A stretch of DNA of 64,000 nucleotides from Microbacteriaceae bacterium (GCA_947452675.1 CANGDL010000006.1:9886-73885), one strand, 5' to 3'. Positions 38,795 through 48,974 are shown, counted from the stretch's first letter. Numbers and translations: made by a program. The notes: a model not told the origin generated them from the sequence alone.

Positions 38795-39838
38795 TTAGAT
38801 CTGGCTGGCGTCGATTACGAAGCGATAGCGAATGTCGCTGGCAACCACGCGCTCGTATGCCGCGTCGATAGCCGATGGGTCTCCGCCATCCAAGATTTCA
38901 ACCGTTGCACCGATGTTGTGTTTGGCGCAGAAGTCGAGCATCTCTTGGGTCGCCTTCATGCCACCGGTGTTCGAGCCGGCGATCGACTTGCGACCGTTGA
39001 CAATGGCAAACGGGTTGTAAGACTGACGGGTGCCAGGAAGGCCAACGTTTACCAAGGCGCCATCGACGCGAAGCATGCCGAGTAGGCCGTCGACATCGAG
39101 ATCTGCCGAGGTGGTGTTCAAAATCATGTCGAACTTGTTCTTGATCTTGCCAATCGATTCCTCGGTGGTTAGATAGTCGACTGCTCCAAATTCGAGGGCA
39201 TCGCGCTTCTTCGATGCCGAGTGGCCAAGCACGGTTACTTCGGCGCCAAGCGCAACGGCAATTTTTACCCCAAGGTGACCGAGGCCACCCATTCCGAGGA
39301 TGGCGACCTTCTTGCCCGGGCCGACGTTCCAGTGGGTTAGCGGAGTGTAAACGGTGATGCCGGCGCAAAGTAGCGGTGCGGTTTCGGCAAGGTTTACTTC
39401 TTCGCTAATGTGGGCACCGAAGCGCTCTTCAACCACGATGCTGCGTGCATAGCCGCCATAGCTTGGCTCGCCATCATAGTGACGGCCGTTATAGGCGCCA
39501 ACCGGACCCTTGAGGCAGAAGTTCTCTTGATTGTCGAGGCAATACTCGCATTCACGGCACGAGTCGACGAAAACGCCAACACCAATGCGCTCGCCCACTT
39601 TGAACTTAGTTACGGCTGAGCCGACCTCGGTGACCACGCCGGCCATCTCGTGCCCAGGCACCATCGGGAAGGTCCCAGCAGACCATTCGTCACGCACCTG
39701 GTGGATGTCGCTATGGCAAATGCCCGAGTACAAAATGTCCAGCTTCACACTGGTTGGGCCTAGTGGGCGCAGTGGCATTTCACGTGCGACTAGGTTAGCG
39801 GCGGTTGATTCGGCGACGAGCGAACGAGTTGAGGTCAT
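38795..39838 (-). CDS. NADP-dependent Zn alcohol dehydrogenase (CAD/YahK family)
   Basis: GICHSDIH, VPGHE, structural Cys, APLLCAGITVY, GMGGLGH, RYRFVID. Confidence 0.92.
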   Translation of the reverse strand: MTSTRSLVAESTAANLVAREMPLRPLGPTSVKLDILYSGICHSDIHQVRDEWSAGTFPMVPGHEMAGVVTEVGSAVTKFKVGERIGVGVFVDSCRECEYCLDNQENFCLKGPVGAYNGRHYDGEPSYGGYARSIVVEERFGAHISEEVNLAETAPLLCAGITVYTPLTHWNVGPGKKVAILGMGGLGHLGVKIAVALGAEVTVLGHSASKKRDALEFGAVDYLTTEESIGKIKNKFDMILNTTSADLDVDGLLGMLRVDGALVNVGLPGTRQSYNPFAIVNGRKSIAGSNTGGMKATQEMLDFCAKHNIGATVEILDGGDPSAIDAAYERVVASDIRYRFVIDASQI

Positions 39839-39906
39839 AGGGAAATGTTACGTCCTAAACGTTGTTGTAATTTAGTAGTGAGCCAACGAAAGGCACAATC
39901 AACCCA

Positions 39907-41268
39907 ATGTCAAAGACTTTGCGCGTCGCGATCATCGGCGCTGGACCAGCTGGAATCTATGCTGGCAACATCCTTGCTGGGCAATACCCGGATGTCGAGA
40001 TCGACCTTTTCGACCAGCTTCCTGCGCCTTACGGCCTGATTCGGTATGGCGTTGCACCTGACCACCCACGCATCAAGGGAATCGTGAACTCGCTGCACGA
40101 GATGCTGAACTCGGGCAAGATTCGCTTCTTCGGAAACGTGAACTTTGGCACCGACCTGCACCTGGCCGACATAAAGAAGCACTACCACGCAGTTATCTTC
40201 GCAACCGGTGCGATCAAGGATGCGCAACTGAACATCCCAGGCATCGAACTCGATGGTTCTTATGGCGCTGCCGACTTCGTCTCATGGTTCGACGGTCACC
40301 CAGATGTGCCTCGCACCTGGCCGCTAGAGGCAGAACACGTTGCAGTTCTTGGCAATGGAAACGTGGCGCTTGACGTTGCCCGCATGTTGGCTAAGCACGC
40401 TGATGACTTGCTGAGCACTGACATCCCAGCCAACGTTTACGAAGGCCTAAAGGCCTCGCCGGTCACCGACGTGCATGTTTTTGGTCGCCGTGGCCCAGCG
40501 AGCATCAAGTTCACCCCGATCGAACTCCGTGAACTTGGCGAGGTCAAAGATGTAGACATCGTCTTGTATGACGAAGACTTCCCGAATGGCTGGTTCGACG
40601 AGGATGCCAAGGGCGTCACCAACCAGCACAAGGTTATGGCTCGAGTCATGGAATCATGGCGCGAAGAGAAGCCAAAGGGCGCCAGCCGCCGCCTGCACCT
40701 TCACTTCTGGCACAAGCCGGTCGCCATCCTTGGCGAGGATGGCAAGGTTGCCGGCATGAAGTTTGAGCGCACCCAGGATGTTGGCGCCGGCGTGATTTCA
40801 GACACCGGTGTCTTCGTGAACTACCCACTTCAGGCGGTCTACCGCGCGATCGGTTACTTCGGCAGCGAGATCCCCGGCGTTCCTTTTGACGACAAGTATG
40901 GCGTCATCAAGAACGATGGTGGACGTGTGGTCGACGAGCACGGCAAGCGCGTCACCGGCCTTTACGCAACCGGTTGGATCAAACGTGGCCCAGTTGGTCT
41001 AATTGGACACACCAAGAGCGATGCCCTCGAGACCATTGAGAACCTTGTTGCAGATGTCGACAGCTTGGTTGACCCTGCAGAGCCTTCAGCCGATGCAGTC
41101 TTGGAAACCTTCGCCGAGCGCGGCGTCGAGGTTACCACCTGGGATGGTTGGCTAAAACTGAACCAGCATGAGATTGCCCTGGGCGAGGCCTTCGAAGGTG
41201 TCGAGCGCGAGCGTGTCAAGGTTGTTGACCGCGACGAACAGGTGAACATCAGCGCGGGGCGTAAATAA
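39907..41268 (+). CDS. Ferredoxin--NADP+ reductase (FprA/adrenodoxin-reductase-like)
   Basis: GAGPAG, PYGLIRYGVAPDH, GNGNVALD, GRRG, GWIKRGP.G.IG. Confidence 0.92.
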   Translation: MSKTLRVAIIGAGPAGIYAGNILAGQYPDVEIDLFDQLPAPYGLIRYGVAPDHPRIKGIVNSLHEMLNSGKIRFFGNVNFGTDLHLADIKKHYHAVIFATGAIKDAQLNIPGIELDGSYGAADFVSWFDGHPDVPRTWPLEAEHVAVLGNGNVALDVARMLAKHADDLLSTDIPANVYEGLKASPVTDVHVFGRRGPASIKFTPIELRELGEVKDVDIVLYDEDFPNGWFDEDAKGVTNQHKVMARVMESWREEKPKGASRRLHLHFWHKPVAILGEDGKVAGMKFERTQDVGAGVISDTGVFVNYPLQAVYRAIGYFGSEIPGVPFDDKYGVIKNDGGRVVDEHGKRVTGLYATGWIKRGPVGLIGHTKSDALETIENLVADVDSLVDPAEPSADAVLETFAERGVEVTTWDGWLKLNQHEIALGEAFEGVERERVKVVDRDEQVNISAGRK

Positions 41269-41341
41269 TCTGACCGCCAGGTCTGATCTAGCACTGCGAT
41301 TTACGGTGCTACCAACAGTCTCGATTTACCCTTGGAATGAA

Positions 41342-41371
41342 AAAACCCCGAGGATCACTCCTCGGGGTTTT
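41342..41371. terminator. Bidirectional terminator
   Basis: AAAACCCCGAGGA-TCAC-TCCTCGGGGTTTT between convergent genes. Confidence 0.85.
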
Positions 41372-41372
41372 C

Positions 41373-41408
41373 ACGTTCTCTGAGATTTTTTAACGTTCTG
41401 TGAGATTT
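41373..41408. repeat. Imperfect 16-bp direct repeat
   Basis: ACGTTCTCTGAGATTT (41373) and ACGTTCTGTGAGATTT (41393). Confidence 0.6.
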
Positions 41409-41640
41409 ATGAATCTTCCGACTTTTCGTCAGATTCCTCTTCTAAATCTTCGTCACTCTCGCCATAGAGGTCGGCCCACTTGTCTTCATACTCGGGTTCG
41501 GTGTCGCCAGCGAAGCCAGTTGAGGCCGGTGGAATGTGACCGATTTCCTTTTCAAGCGCGGTCAAGTCGGTGTTCGGGCTGAAGTACTTCAGCTCGCGAG
41601 CCACCTTGGTGTGCTTTGCCTTTTGACGGCCACGCCCCAT
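41407..41640 (-). CDS. DUF3073 family protein
   Basis: MGRGRQKAKHTKVARELKY signature with acidic tail. Confidence 0.95.
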   Translation of the reverse strand: MGRGRQKAKHTKVARELKYFSPNTDLTALEKEIGHIPPASTGFAGDTEPEYEDKWADLYGESDEDLEEESDEKSEDS

Positions 41641-41710
41641 GGCGAGACCCCCTTACGCGTGCTTGGGCGCGATAATTCGCGCGGAAACGAGTTGGAAACT
41701 AAATCAGAGG

Positions 41711-42070
41711 CTATTTTAGCAGGCTGTAGAACAGGAATAACCCGGCAAGTGCAGCCAGTGCAGGAACTGTGAAATTCAGAACGATGTTGAGAACTCCGCG
41801 CCACACCTGCTTTGCCTTGAAATATTCAACTGTCTGCGCCGAGAAACTGCTAAAGGTCGAGAGACCACCGCAGATGCCGGTGACAATAACTGCCGAAGCG
41901 AGTGGGTTGGTTTGGATGGCCATTAGAGCCGAGCCCATAACGAATGATGCCACTGTGTTTGCAGTGAGAATGCCCCACGGCAACTTGCCGGCCCAACCAG
42001 ATAGGAATAGGCGAAGCACTGATCCGAGGCCACCGGCCAGACCGATCAGGATGATAAAGACGATGGTCAT
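41711..42070 (-). CDS. crcB: Fluoride channel Fluc/CrcB
   Basis: GGLGSVLR, PWG.L.AN, G.CGGLSTFSSF. Confidence 0.9.
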   Translation of the reverse strand: MTIVFIILIGLAGGLGSVLRLFLSGWAGKLPWGILTANTVASFVMGSALMAIQTNPLASAVIVTGICGGLSTFSSFSAQTVEYFKAKQVWRGVLNIVLNFTVPALAALAGLFLFYSLLK

Positions 42071-42492
42071 TCTGTGACTTCCTCAACCTCGTGGCTAACC
42101 ACGGCTTCGTTGCCGGTTAGGCGTGCGGTTAGATAGTGGGCGCCCCAGTAGGCGAGCAGGCTTGCTGCAAACACGGCCAGGATGAGACCCAGCGCAAGAA
42201 AGTCGAAAGGCTGCCCTGCGATTACCTGGAACCCCAAGCTGTAGGCGCTGAGCAATGCGACGCCGCTCATCGTGGTGAAGCCACCCGCGAAGCCAACCGC
42301 CCAAAAGGCGCGCTTGCCATCGCTGGCAAAGCGAGGGTCGCTATTTAGCCAGCCAATCACCGCTGAGCCAACCACGTTAACTGCAGCCAGAGAGGTGAAG
42401 GTGTCCAAGCCGAAGGCAACTCCGGTTCGAAGCAGTGTGCCAATGGTTCCGCCGGCAAAAACCAGCGCCATTGTTTTCCAGGTGATTTTCAA
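42067..42492 (-). CDS. crcB: Fluoride channel Fluc/CrcB (second, divergent subunit)
   Basis: GG.IGTLLR, VNVVGS..IG, GFAGGFTTMS; tandem pair typical of heterodimeric Fluc. Confidence 0.8.
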   Translation of the reverse strand: MKITWKTMALVFAGGTIGTLLRTGVAFGLDTFTSLAAVNVVGSAVIGWLNSDPRFASDGKRAFWAVGFAGGFTTMSGVALLSAYSLGFQVIAGQPFDFLALGLILAVFAASLLAYWGAHYLTARLTGNEAVVSHEVEEVTE

Positions 42493-42495
42493 GGT

Positions 42496-44547
42496 TTAGT
42501 CCTCATCGATGCGCTTGGCGCGCACCTTGGTTACGCCGCCGCCAAGCTTGTGCTTGCGGAGTGCTGGGCGGATGAACTCTCCACGACGCGCGTCACCGGG
42601 AAGCGGACGACGACTTAGCGGGTTCACATACTCTGCTGACTCTAGACGCCATGGCACTAGAGTGACCATTACGCCGCGAACATACATGAGCTGTTTGCGG
42701 ATGCGATTGGCGCGGTGGTTGTGCAAAACGTGCTCCCACCAGTGGCCAACTACAAGTTTCGGCATGTAGACCGAGATGCGCTCCGAACCGAACTCTGCGC
42801 GGTGCGCCGAAAGGTACTCAACCAACGGCGTGCCAAATTCGCGATATGGGCTCTCGATGATCTTGAGCGGAACCTCTAGGCCGAACTTCTTCCAGTCGCG
42901 CTCAAACTTTTTAGAAGCTGCTGGGTCAGCCGCAACATGCAAGACATCGAGGCGAGTGTGACGGCTCGAAAGGGCATAGTCGAGGGCCTTGAGTTGAGGC
43001 TTGTTTAGCTTGTCCATCAAAACGACTGCATAGTCTCCCTTGCTGCCAAATTTGATGTCTGGGTCAAGTGCAATCTCGCGGTTGACAGCCTTGTAGTAGC
43101 GGCCGGTAGCCCACATGACAACCCAGAGGAACGGCATGATGATGAAGACCATCCATGCTCCGTGGGTGAATTTAGTGACCGAAACGATTACCAAAACGGC
43201 AGCTGTGAGCGAGGCCCCAAACCCGTTGATGAGGCGGCCAGAGGTAGCCTCCTTCTTCGAGATCGTGCCTTTCTTGAGTCCACGGCGCCAGTGCCTCAAC
43301 ATACCCAGCTGACCGAGGGTGAACGAGGTGAAGACGCCAAGAACATAAAGTTGAATCAGCGCAGTCACGGATGCCTGGAAGACGAGGATCATGGCCAATG
43401 CTGCGAGCGTCAGGGATAGCATTCCGTTTGAATAGACCAAGCGGTCGCCTCGGGTTAGGAGCGCCTTAGGGGCATAGCCATCCTTGGCAAGCACCGAGGT
43501 TAAGAGCGGGAATCCGTTGAACGCGGTGTTTGCAGCTAGCAACAAGATGGCCGCGGTCGCTGCCTGAAGAATATAGAAAAGGGCTGAACCGCCGCCGAAG
43601 ATTGCGGTGCCGAGCTGGGCGATAACTGACATTTGTGGACCGACGATCGTGTGACCTTGCAGGGTCGGATCTTCGAGGTATTTCACGCCCGAGATAAGTG
43701 CGAAGGCGACGATTCCGACGAACATGAAGATCGCGCTGGCACCCATCCAAGACATAGTGATCTGGGCATTCTTGACCTTTGGCTGGCGGAATGCTGGCAC
43801 ACCGTTCGCGATTGCCTCAACGCCGGTTAGCGCCGCCGAACCGGAGGCGAATGAACGCAGCAGGAGCATGACGATTAGAAATGGCGTCGCAACCAGGGTC
43901 GACTCAGGAACCAGATGATAGGCGGCAGATGGAGCCACGATTGCCTGGCCGGTGAGTAGCTTGAAAATACCCGAGCCAATCATGATGACCACGGTTGCCA
44001 AGAACAAGTAGGTAGGCACGGCGAAGGCGAAGCCTGATTCGCGGACGCCGCGAAGATTGATCGCCAAAAGTAGAAGGACGAAGCCGACCGCGATTTCCAC
44101 ACGGAACGGGTCGAGCCCAGGGAATGCCGAGATCAAGTTGTCTACGCCCGAGGCGATCGAAACGGCAACCGTCATCACATAGTCAAGCAACAGCGCAGCC
44201 GCGACAGTAAGGGCAGCTTTTTCACCGAGGTTCTTTTGGGCCACCTCGTAGTCACCACCACCGGATGGGTATGCGGCTACTACCTTGCGATAGCTGAGGA
44301 TGATTGTGAATAGCAGAAGGACCACGATGCCGGCGATCCAAGGAGCGAAAGCCAAGAAGCTTGCGCCACCGAGAGTGAGGATCATTAGAAGTTCTTGAGG
44401 ACCATAAGCCACCGATGAAAGTGGGTCGCTCGAGAAGATGGGCAAAGCGATGGTCTTTGGCAGAAGTTGGCCTTCGATACTCTTGTTCGAGAGCTTCTTG
44501 CCAAGGAACAGGCGCTTTGGTTTCAATGAGTCAATCACGAGAGTCAA
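42496..44547 (-). CDS. APC-superfamily transporter, KimA/YdaO-like (probable K+ uptake)
   Basis: ALPIFSSDPLSSVAYG, YPSGGGDY.VA..NLG, ALTGVEAIANGVP.F, C-terminal SPYR..WWEHVLHN domain. Confidence 0.85.
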   Translation of the reverse strand: MTLVIDSLKPKRLFLGKKLSNKSIEGQLLPKTIALPIFSSDPLSSVAYGPQELLMILTLGGASFLAFAPWIAGIVVLLLFTIILSYRKVVAAYPSGGGDYEVAQKNLGEKAALTVAAALLLDYVMTVAVSIASGVDNLISAFPGLDPFRVEIAVGFVLLLLAINLRGVRESGFAFAVPTYLFLATVVIMIGSGIFKLLTGQAIVAPSAAYHLVPESTLVATPFLIVMLLLRSFASGSAALTGVEAIANGVPAFRQPKVKNAQITMSWMGASAIFMFVGIVAFALISGVKYLEDPTLQGHTIVGPQMSVIAQLGTAIFGGGSALFYILQAATAAILLLAANTAFNGFPLLTSVLAKDGYAPKALLTRGDRLVYSNGMLSLTLAALAMILVFQASVTALIQLYVLGVFTSFTLGQLGMLRHWRRGLKKGTISKKEATSGRLINGFGASLTAAVLVIVSVTKFTHGAWMVFIIMPFLWVVMWATGRYYKAVNREIALDPDIKFGSKGDYAVVLMDKLNKPQLKALDYALSSRHTRLDVLHVAADPAASKKFERDWKKFGLEVPLKIIESPYREFGTPLVEYLSAHRAEFGSERISVYMPKLVVGHWWEHVLHNHRANRIRKQLMYVRGVMVTLVPWRLESAEYVNPLSRRPLPGDARRGEFIRPALRKHKLGGGVTKVRAKRIDED

Positions 44548-44562
44548 ATCTACTCTTAAACG

Positions 44563-44599
44563 CCGATGGTCTCCCGCCTGTTGAGCGGAAGACCATCGG
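44563..44599 (-). terminator. Hairpin downstream of the MFS gene
   Basis: CCGATGGTCT..AGACCATCGG arms with inner CCGC/GCGG. Confidence 0.6.
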
Positions 44600-44616
44600 G
44601 ATGAAGCTTGTTGAGG

Positions 44617-46284
44617 CTAAGCCTTAGCCTTGGTTGCGTTCTTGGTCTCTGGCTTGCGACGTGAGCCCATGGCAAAAGTCGACAGCAAACCGAGGAACAA
44701 GAAGCCCGCGGCGGCCCATCCGGTGGCTTTCACACCATCGGTGAATGAGTCATTTGCAGCGGTCTGAATTTCGTGTGCGGCAGCCTGTGGAACCTTGGCG
44801 CCGACTAGCGTTTCTTCGATCTTTGGCAAGAATCCACCTGAAGAATCAACCACAAGAGTGGTCAAGCCGTCGATGAATGAAGTCTTGTCAGCAGAAGGCA
44901 TGGTCTGCAGGGCAACGGTGTCGCCGAGGCGAACCTCTGCGGCTGCCTGAGTCGAGGTGAACAGGATGGTTCCCAAAACAGCGATGCCCAGGGCTGAACC
45001 GATCTGGCGAACGGTTGACTGCGAACCTGAGGCCTGACCAATTTTGGCCATGGGCACATCAACCATGATTACTCCGGTTAGCTGAGCGGTTGCAAGGCCA
45101 ACGCCGATTCCATAAAGAAGTAGGAACGGAGCCACCGGCCACCATCCGCCGCCGGTGCTAGCCACCAACGAGATGCCGGCAACGCCGAGAAGCTCAAACA
45201 GAACGCCAATTTGCACAGCGCGAACCGCAGGCAACTTGCCGCTCATCGCTCCACCGACGCCCGATGCAAGGAAGGCTCCGCCGGCTAGCCAAAGCAGCAC
45301 TAGTCCAGATGAAATCGGGGTTAGACCCTCGACGTTCTGAAGCCAAAGCGGAATTGCGAAGAGCAAACCGAACTCACCCATTGAGATGATGAGAGCCGCG
45401 AATGAACCGTTGCGGAACGAGCTGATGTGGAATAGGTCTAGGTCGAGAAGCACATTCTTGTGAGCCTTTTCACGAGCCTTCTCCCAAAGCACGAATAGCA
45501 CGATGAAGATCGCCGAAATAGCTAGCGAAACCGGGATGACTGAGATGCCATCCGTGGCCCACTTGAATGAACCAAGTTCAAACGGGTGATCCTTGCTGGC
45601 CATCCACCAGCCATAAACGCGACCTTCGATGAGGCCGAAAACTAGGGTTGCGAACATCACGACCGAAATCAAAGCACCAACAATGTCTATGCCACCCTCG
45701 CGCTGACCCTGCTTCGATTCTGAAACCCAGAACAGCAGACCCGCGATAACAATTAGACCCAGCGGCAGGTTGACGTTGAAGGCTAGGCGCCATCCGTCGG
45801 TGCCGAAGTCGGTTGCCAACCAACCGCCTAGAACAGGGCCGAGGGCCACCATTCCACCGATGGTTGAACCCCAGACGGCAAACGCGATTCCGCGCTCCTT
45901 GCCTTGGAAGTTTGCGTTAACCAGTGAGAGCGTGGTCGGCAAAACCATGGCTCCACCGAAGCCCTGCGCAACGCGCGCGAGAATCATGGTGGTGGCGTCG
46001 GTGCTAAACCCGGCCCAAACCGAAGCTCCCACGAAGATCGCTAGACCAATAACCAGGAGCAGGCGACGGCCGATTCGGTCGGCAAGCGAGCCCCAAACCA
46101 AAAGCAGTGAAGCGAATACGAGAACGTAACTTTCTTGAACCCACTGAACCTGGGTTGAGGTGAGCGAAAGGGCTCGGATTACGTTCGGGAAAATAGTGTT
46201 GACGATGGTTCCGTCGATGATTACCAATGAGATGGCCATCGAAATAAAGACGAGGCCGATCCAACGATTGCGTGTTTTTGTCAT
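44617..46284 (-). CDS. DHA2-family (14-TM) MFS efflux transporter
   Basis: IDGTIVN, WV..SY.LVFASLLL.WG.LADRIGRR, GP.LGG.L, F.VNLP.G. Confidence 0.92.
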   Translation of the reverse strand: MTKTRNRWIGLVFISMAISLVIIDGTIVNTIFPNVIRALSLTSTQVQWVQESYVLVFASLLLVWGSLADRIGRRLLLVIGLAIFVGASVWAGFSTDATTMILARVAQGFGGAMVLPTTLSLVNANFQGKERGIAFAVWGSTIGGMVALGPVLGGWLATDFGTDGWRLAFNVNLPLGLIVIAGLLFWVSESKQGQREGGIDIVGALISVVMFATLVFGLIEGRVYGWWMASKDHPFELGSFKWATDGISVIPVSLAISAIFIVLFVLWEKAREKAHKNVLLDLDLFHISSFRNGSFAALIISMGEFGLLFAIPLWLQNVEGLTPISSGLVLLWLAGGAFLASGVGGAMSGKLPAVRAVQIGVLFELLGVAGISLVASTGGGWWPVAPFLLLYGIGVGLATAQLTGVIMVDVPMAKIGQASGSQSTVRQIGSALGIAVLGTILFTSTQAAAEVRLGDTVALQTMPSADKTSFIDGLTTLVVDSSGGFLPKIEETLVGAKVPQAAAHEIQTAANDSFTDGVKATGWAAAGFLFLGLLSTFAMGSRRKPETKNATKAKA

Positions 46285-46288
46285 TGCT

Positions 46289-47176
46289 CTAGGCTACGGC
46301 AAGCAGGGCCGAAGCCGCGAGAGCTAGGGCTATGCCAAATAGTTGAGTTTTGGCAATTTTCTCTTGCAAGAACACCCTGGCGAGGATGATTGTCCCTAGA
46401 GGATAGAGTGCGGTCAAAACCGCAACCACCGAAAGCGAGCCGTTTCGACTAGCGAGCGTGAAGAATATGTTGGCGCTCGAGTCGAAGAAACCGGCGACAG
46501 CAACCATTAGCCAAATAGAAATTCTCGACTTAGCAGACTGCACCTGGCTTGCGGTTTCCGGCCCGGGCTTGGCCGCTTTGGACTTTTTTGTCAGGCTGAG
46601 GAGCATGAATATTCCAAGGAGTCCGGCGCTCGTGCCGCGCATGAAAATCACCGAGGTGAGCCCGGTGTTGTGCGGAGCTTGAGCTAGAGCGGTTAGCACC
46701 AGGCCGATGCCCGCACCGGCTGCTAGCCCAAGCGTCAGAGCTTTAGCGCTGGGCAGGCGCACATCCTGGCCCGGAATAAAACCGACCAAAATGACAGCAA
46801 CCAAAATCGCGGCCAAAGCGACCCATCCCCAAATTGAGAACCGATCACCATGGATGAAGCCAAAGATCATAGGCACTAGTGCTGATACAACTGCGCCCAG
46901 TGGCGAAAGGATGGAAATCGGCCCAAGGGCGAGCGAGGCATAGAGGCAAGTCATGGCAGCGGCAGAGGCAAGCCCGGCGAGTAGACCCCACAGGATTCCT
47001 GTCGGGCTGAAGTCGGCCCCCAAGAATAAGGAAACTACTAAGACCAAGCTCAGACCCGAGAGACCCGCCCAGAAGATGACCACCACGGTAGGAATGCGCT
47101 TGGAGGCCAACGCGCCAAAGAAATCGGCGAAGCCATAAACCAGCGAAGTTGCAAAGCCCAGGGCGATTGTGATCAC
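46289..47176 (-). CDS. EamA/DMT family transporter
   Basis: YG.ADF.G, LY.SLA.GP.S..SP, LYP..T..LA...L.EK; about 10 TM. Confidence 0.88.
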   Translation of the reverse strand: MITIALGFATSLVYGFADFFGALASKRIPTVVVIFWAGLSGLSLVLVVSLFLGADFSPTGILWGLLAGLASAAAMTCLYASLALGPISILSPLGAVVSALVPMIFGFIHGDRFSIWGWVALAAILVAVILVGFIPGQDVRLPSAKALTLGLAAGAGIGLVLTALAQAPHNTGLTSVIFMRGTSAGLLGIFMLLSLTKKSKAAKPGPETASQVQSAKSRISIWLMVAVAGFFDSSANIFFTLASRNGSLSVVAVLTALYPLGTIILARVFLQEKIAKTQLFGIALALAASALLAVA

Positions 47177-47191
47177 GCGACAAGCCTAGTT

Positions 47192-47225
47192 AAAAAGAAA
47201 AACCCAAGACTGCGATGGTCTTGGG
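47192..47225 (-). terminator. Rho-independent terminator after the tRNA operon
   Basis: CCCAAGAC..GTCTTGGG stem followed by a U-tract on the minus strand. Confidence 0.8.
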
Positions 47226-47233
47226 AGTTTCAG

Positions 47234-47306
47234 TGGCTCCGACGGGCGTCGATCCCGTGACCTCACGATTTTCAGTCGTGCGCTCTACCAACTGAGCTAC
47301 AGAGCC
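47234..47306 (-). tRNA. tRNA-Phe(GAA)
   Basis: GGCTCTGTAGCTCAGTTGGTAGAGC..CTGAAAA..GGAGCCA cloverleaf, CCA not encoded. Confidence 0.96.
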
Positions 47307-47364
47307 GAAGATGGAAACCATCTTCTTTCGATAAAAGCCCTTCTTGCGAAGGGCTCTTACTGAG

Positions 47365-47438
47365 CGATCCTGACGGGACTTGAACCCGCGACCTCCGCCG
47401 TGACAGGGCGGCGCGCTAACCAACTGCGCTACAGGACC
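47365..47438 (-). tRNA. tRNA-Asp(GTC)
   Basis: GGTCCTGTAGCGCAGTTGGTTAGCGC..CTGTCAC..GGTTCAAGTCC..CAGGATCG. Confidence 0.96.
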
Positions 47439-47491
47439 TTACTTTTATTGCTTTTGAAACCTCTGGTGATACTTAGTACATCGCTTCATAG

Positions 47492-47564
47492 TGACCCCAA
47501 CGGGATTCGAACCCGTGCTGCCGCCGTGAAAGGGCGGTGTCCTAGGCCTCTAAACGATGGGGCC
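47492..47564 (-). tRNA. tRNA-Glu(TTC)
   Basis: GGCCCCATCGTTTAGAGGCCTAGGAC..CTTTCAC..GGTTCGAATCC..TGGGGTCA. Confidence 0.96.
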
Positions 47565-47647
47565 TATAAAGCGGATACTTCATAGCACCAAGCGTCAACA
47601 ATAGTCGCTACCGGGGTTGTTTCGCAACCCGTGTTAGTTTCATAGGT

Positions 47648-48847
47648 ATGCACAGCCGAGTTTCCCGCGCCCTGATAGCCATTGCAGCCAGCGCTGCGCT
47701 GGTTTTTGGTGCCACGGTTGTTGCCCCAACCTGGGCCGTTCCAAGCTATCCGAGCGCTGCCGAAGTTGCTGCCGCGAAGAAGAACGTGGCTGCTAAAAAG
47801 GCCATGATTGCGCGAATCGAGAAAATAGTTCAAGATCTGGCCGTCGAGGCAAACAAACTGGGCCGCGTTGCCGAAATTAAAGGCGAGGCGTTTAACCAGG
47901 CCCAGGACGCCGTTGACGCGATGACCGCCAAGGTAAATAGTCTGCAAGCGCAGGCGGATGCGGCAAATGCCGAAGCTAACAAGGCCAAGGCCCAGCTCGG
48001 TCAAATCGCTGCTCAGATGTATCGCGATGGCTCGGGAGGTACATCCCTGAACCTATTTTTGAATGCTGGCAAGGCCGGCGATCTGCTTTATAAATTGGGT
48101 GCGCAAGAGAAGGTTGCTCAGCAGAGTGACACAATCTATAACCGTTCGCTAGCGAAGCAAAAGTATGCCCAGTCGTTGACCGATGAACTTGCCGGCGCCA
48201 AGGCGGAGCTGGGCACTAAGGCTGCCGCAGCCAAGAGTCTTTTCGTTGAGGCACAGACGGCAGCCAATGCCGTCCAGGTGAAAGTTGATGCCAACAACAA
48301 GCTCAACAAGACTTTTTATGCGCAGTTGGCTGTCTTGCAGAACACCTCAGCTGACCTGGAGCGCCAACGCGCTGAAGGTTTGGCCGCAGAAGCACGTCAA
48401 AATGCGGGAACATCGAAGCCGGTTGCGCCAGAACTTTATTCGGTAGGCGACCCCGACACAGCCAAGGTTCAGATGGCAATCGACTTCGCAAAGGCAAACC
48501 TCGGTGAGAGATATGTTCTTGGCGGAATGGGGCCAGACGTTTGGGACTGTTCGGGAATCACCAAGGCTGCTTATGCTGCGGCAGGCGTCTACATCGGCAC
48601 TCACTCAGCAACCAACCAGTTCAACACCATGGCTGCCGCACGCAAGCTGTTGCCGCTGTCCGAGGCTCAACCCGGTGACCTAATGTGGTACTCACAGGAT
48701 TCAGCCTTCAACGGCGACAAATATCACGTGGTCATCTACCTGGGCGGAGACATGATGCTCGAGGCTCCGAACCCGGCTCGTACCGTTCGTATAGTTCCAC
48801 TTCGCTACGGCGAATTGTTCCCATATGCAGGGCGCCCAACCGCCTAA
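47648..48847 (+). CDS. Secreted NlpC/P60 (C40) peptidoglycan endopeptidase with coiled-coil
   Basis: Signal peptide, long Ala/Lys/Gln coiled-coil, Y..GG.GP..WDCSG and HV.IY.G catalytic motifs. Confidence 0.92.
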   Translation: MHSRVSRALIAIAASAALVFGATVVAPTWAVPSYPSAAEVAAAKKNVAAKKAMIARIEKIVQDLAVEANKLGRVAEIKGEAFNQAQDAVDAMTAKVNSLQAQADAANAEANKAKAQLGQIAAQMYRDGSGGTSLNLFLNAGKAGDLLYKLGAQEKVAQQSDTIYNRSLAKQKYAQSLTDELAGAKAELGTKAAAAKSLFVEAQTAANAVQVKVDANNKLNKTFYAQLAVLQNTSADLERQRAEGLAAEARQNAGTSKPVAPELYSVGDPDTAKVQMAIDFAKANLGERYVLGGMGPDVWDCSGITKAAYAAAGVYIGTHSATNQFNTMAAARKLLPLSEAQPGDLMWYSQDSAFNGDKYHVVIYLGGDMMLEAPNPARTVRIVPLRYGELFPYAGRPTA

Positions 48848-48974
48848 ATTTCGCTGGCGTGTTGCAACCTGCAACCGTTTACAGGAGTAATGTTTCTCCC
48901 TGTAAGAAGGGCGTAGCATGCACGCAGGGAATGAACCACATTCACAAATATTGATTGAACCAACCGGCTCTCAG

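Noticed and set aside
39854-39865. 12-bp CCTAAACGTTGT shared with 15617-15628
   Set aside because: A single short match without the palindromic second half; compatible with chance
44560-44615. GATGG..CGCC sequence upstream of the APC-crcB genes resembling a fluoride riboswitch
   Set aside because: The resemblance is on the wrong strand, lacks the 3' CTRATGAC element, and is fully explained as a hairpin after the MFS gene
47234-47306. tRNA-Phe T-loop reads GATCGA rather than GTTCGA
   Set aside because: Stems pair normally, and I recall this variant in other actinobacterial tRNA-Phe genes; not a pseudogene
47177-47647. tRNA cluster as an integration site
   Set aside because: No integrase and no duplicated tRNA 3' end seen in the window
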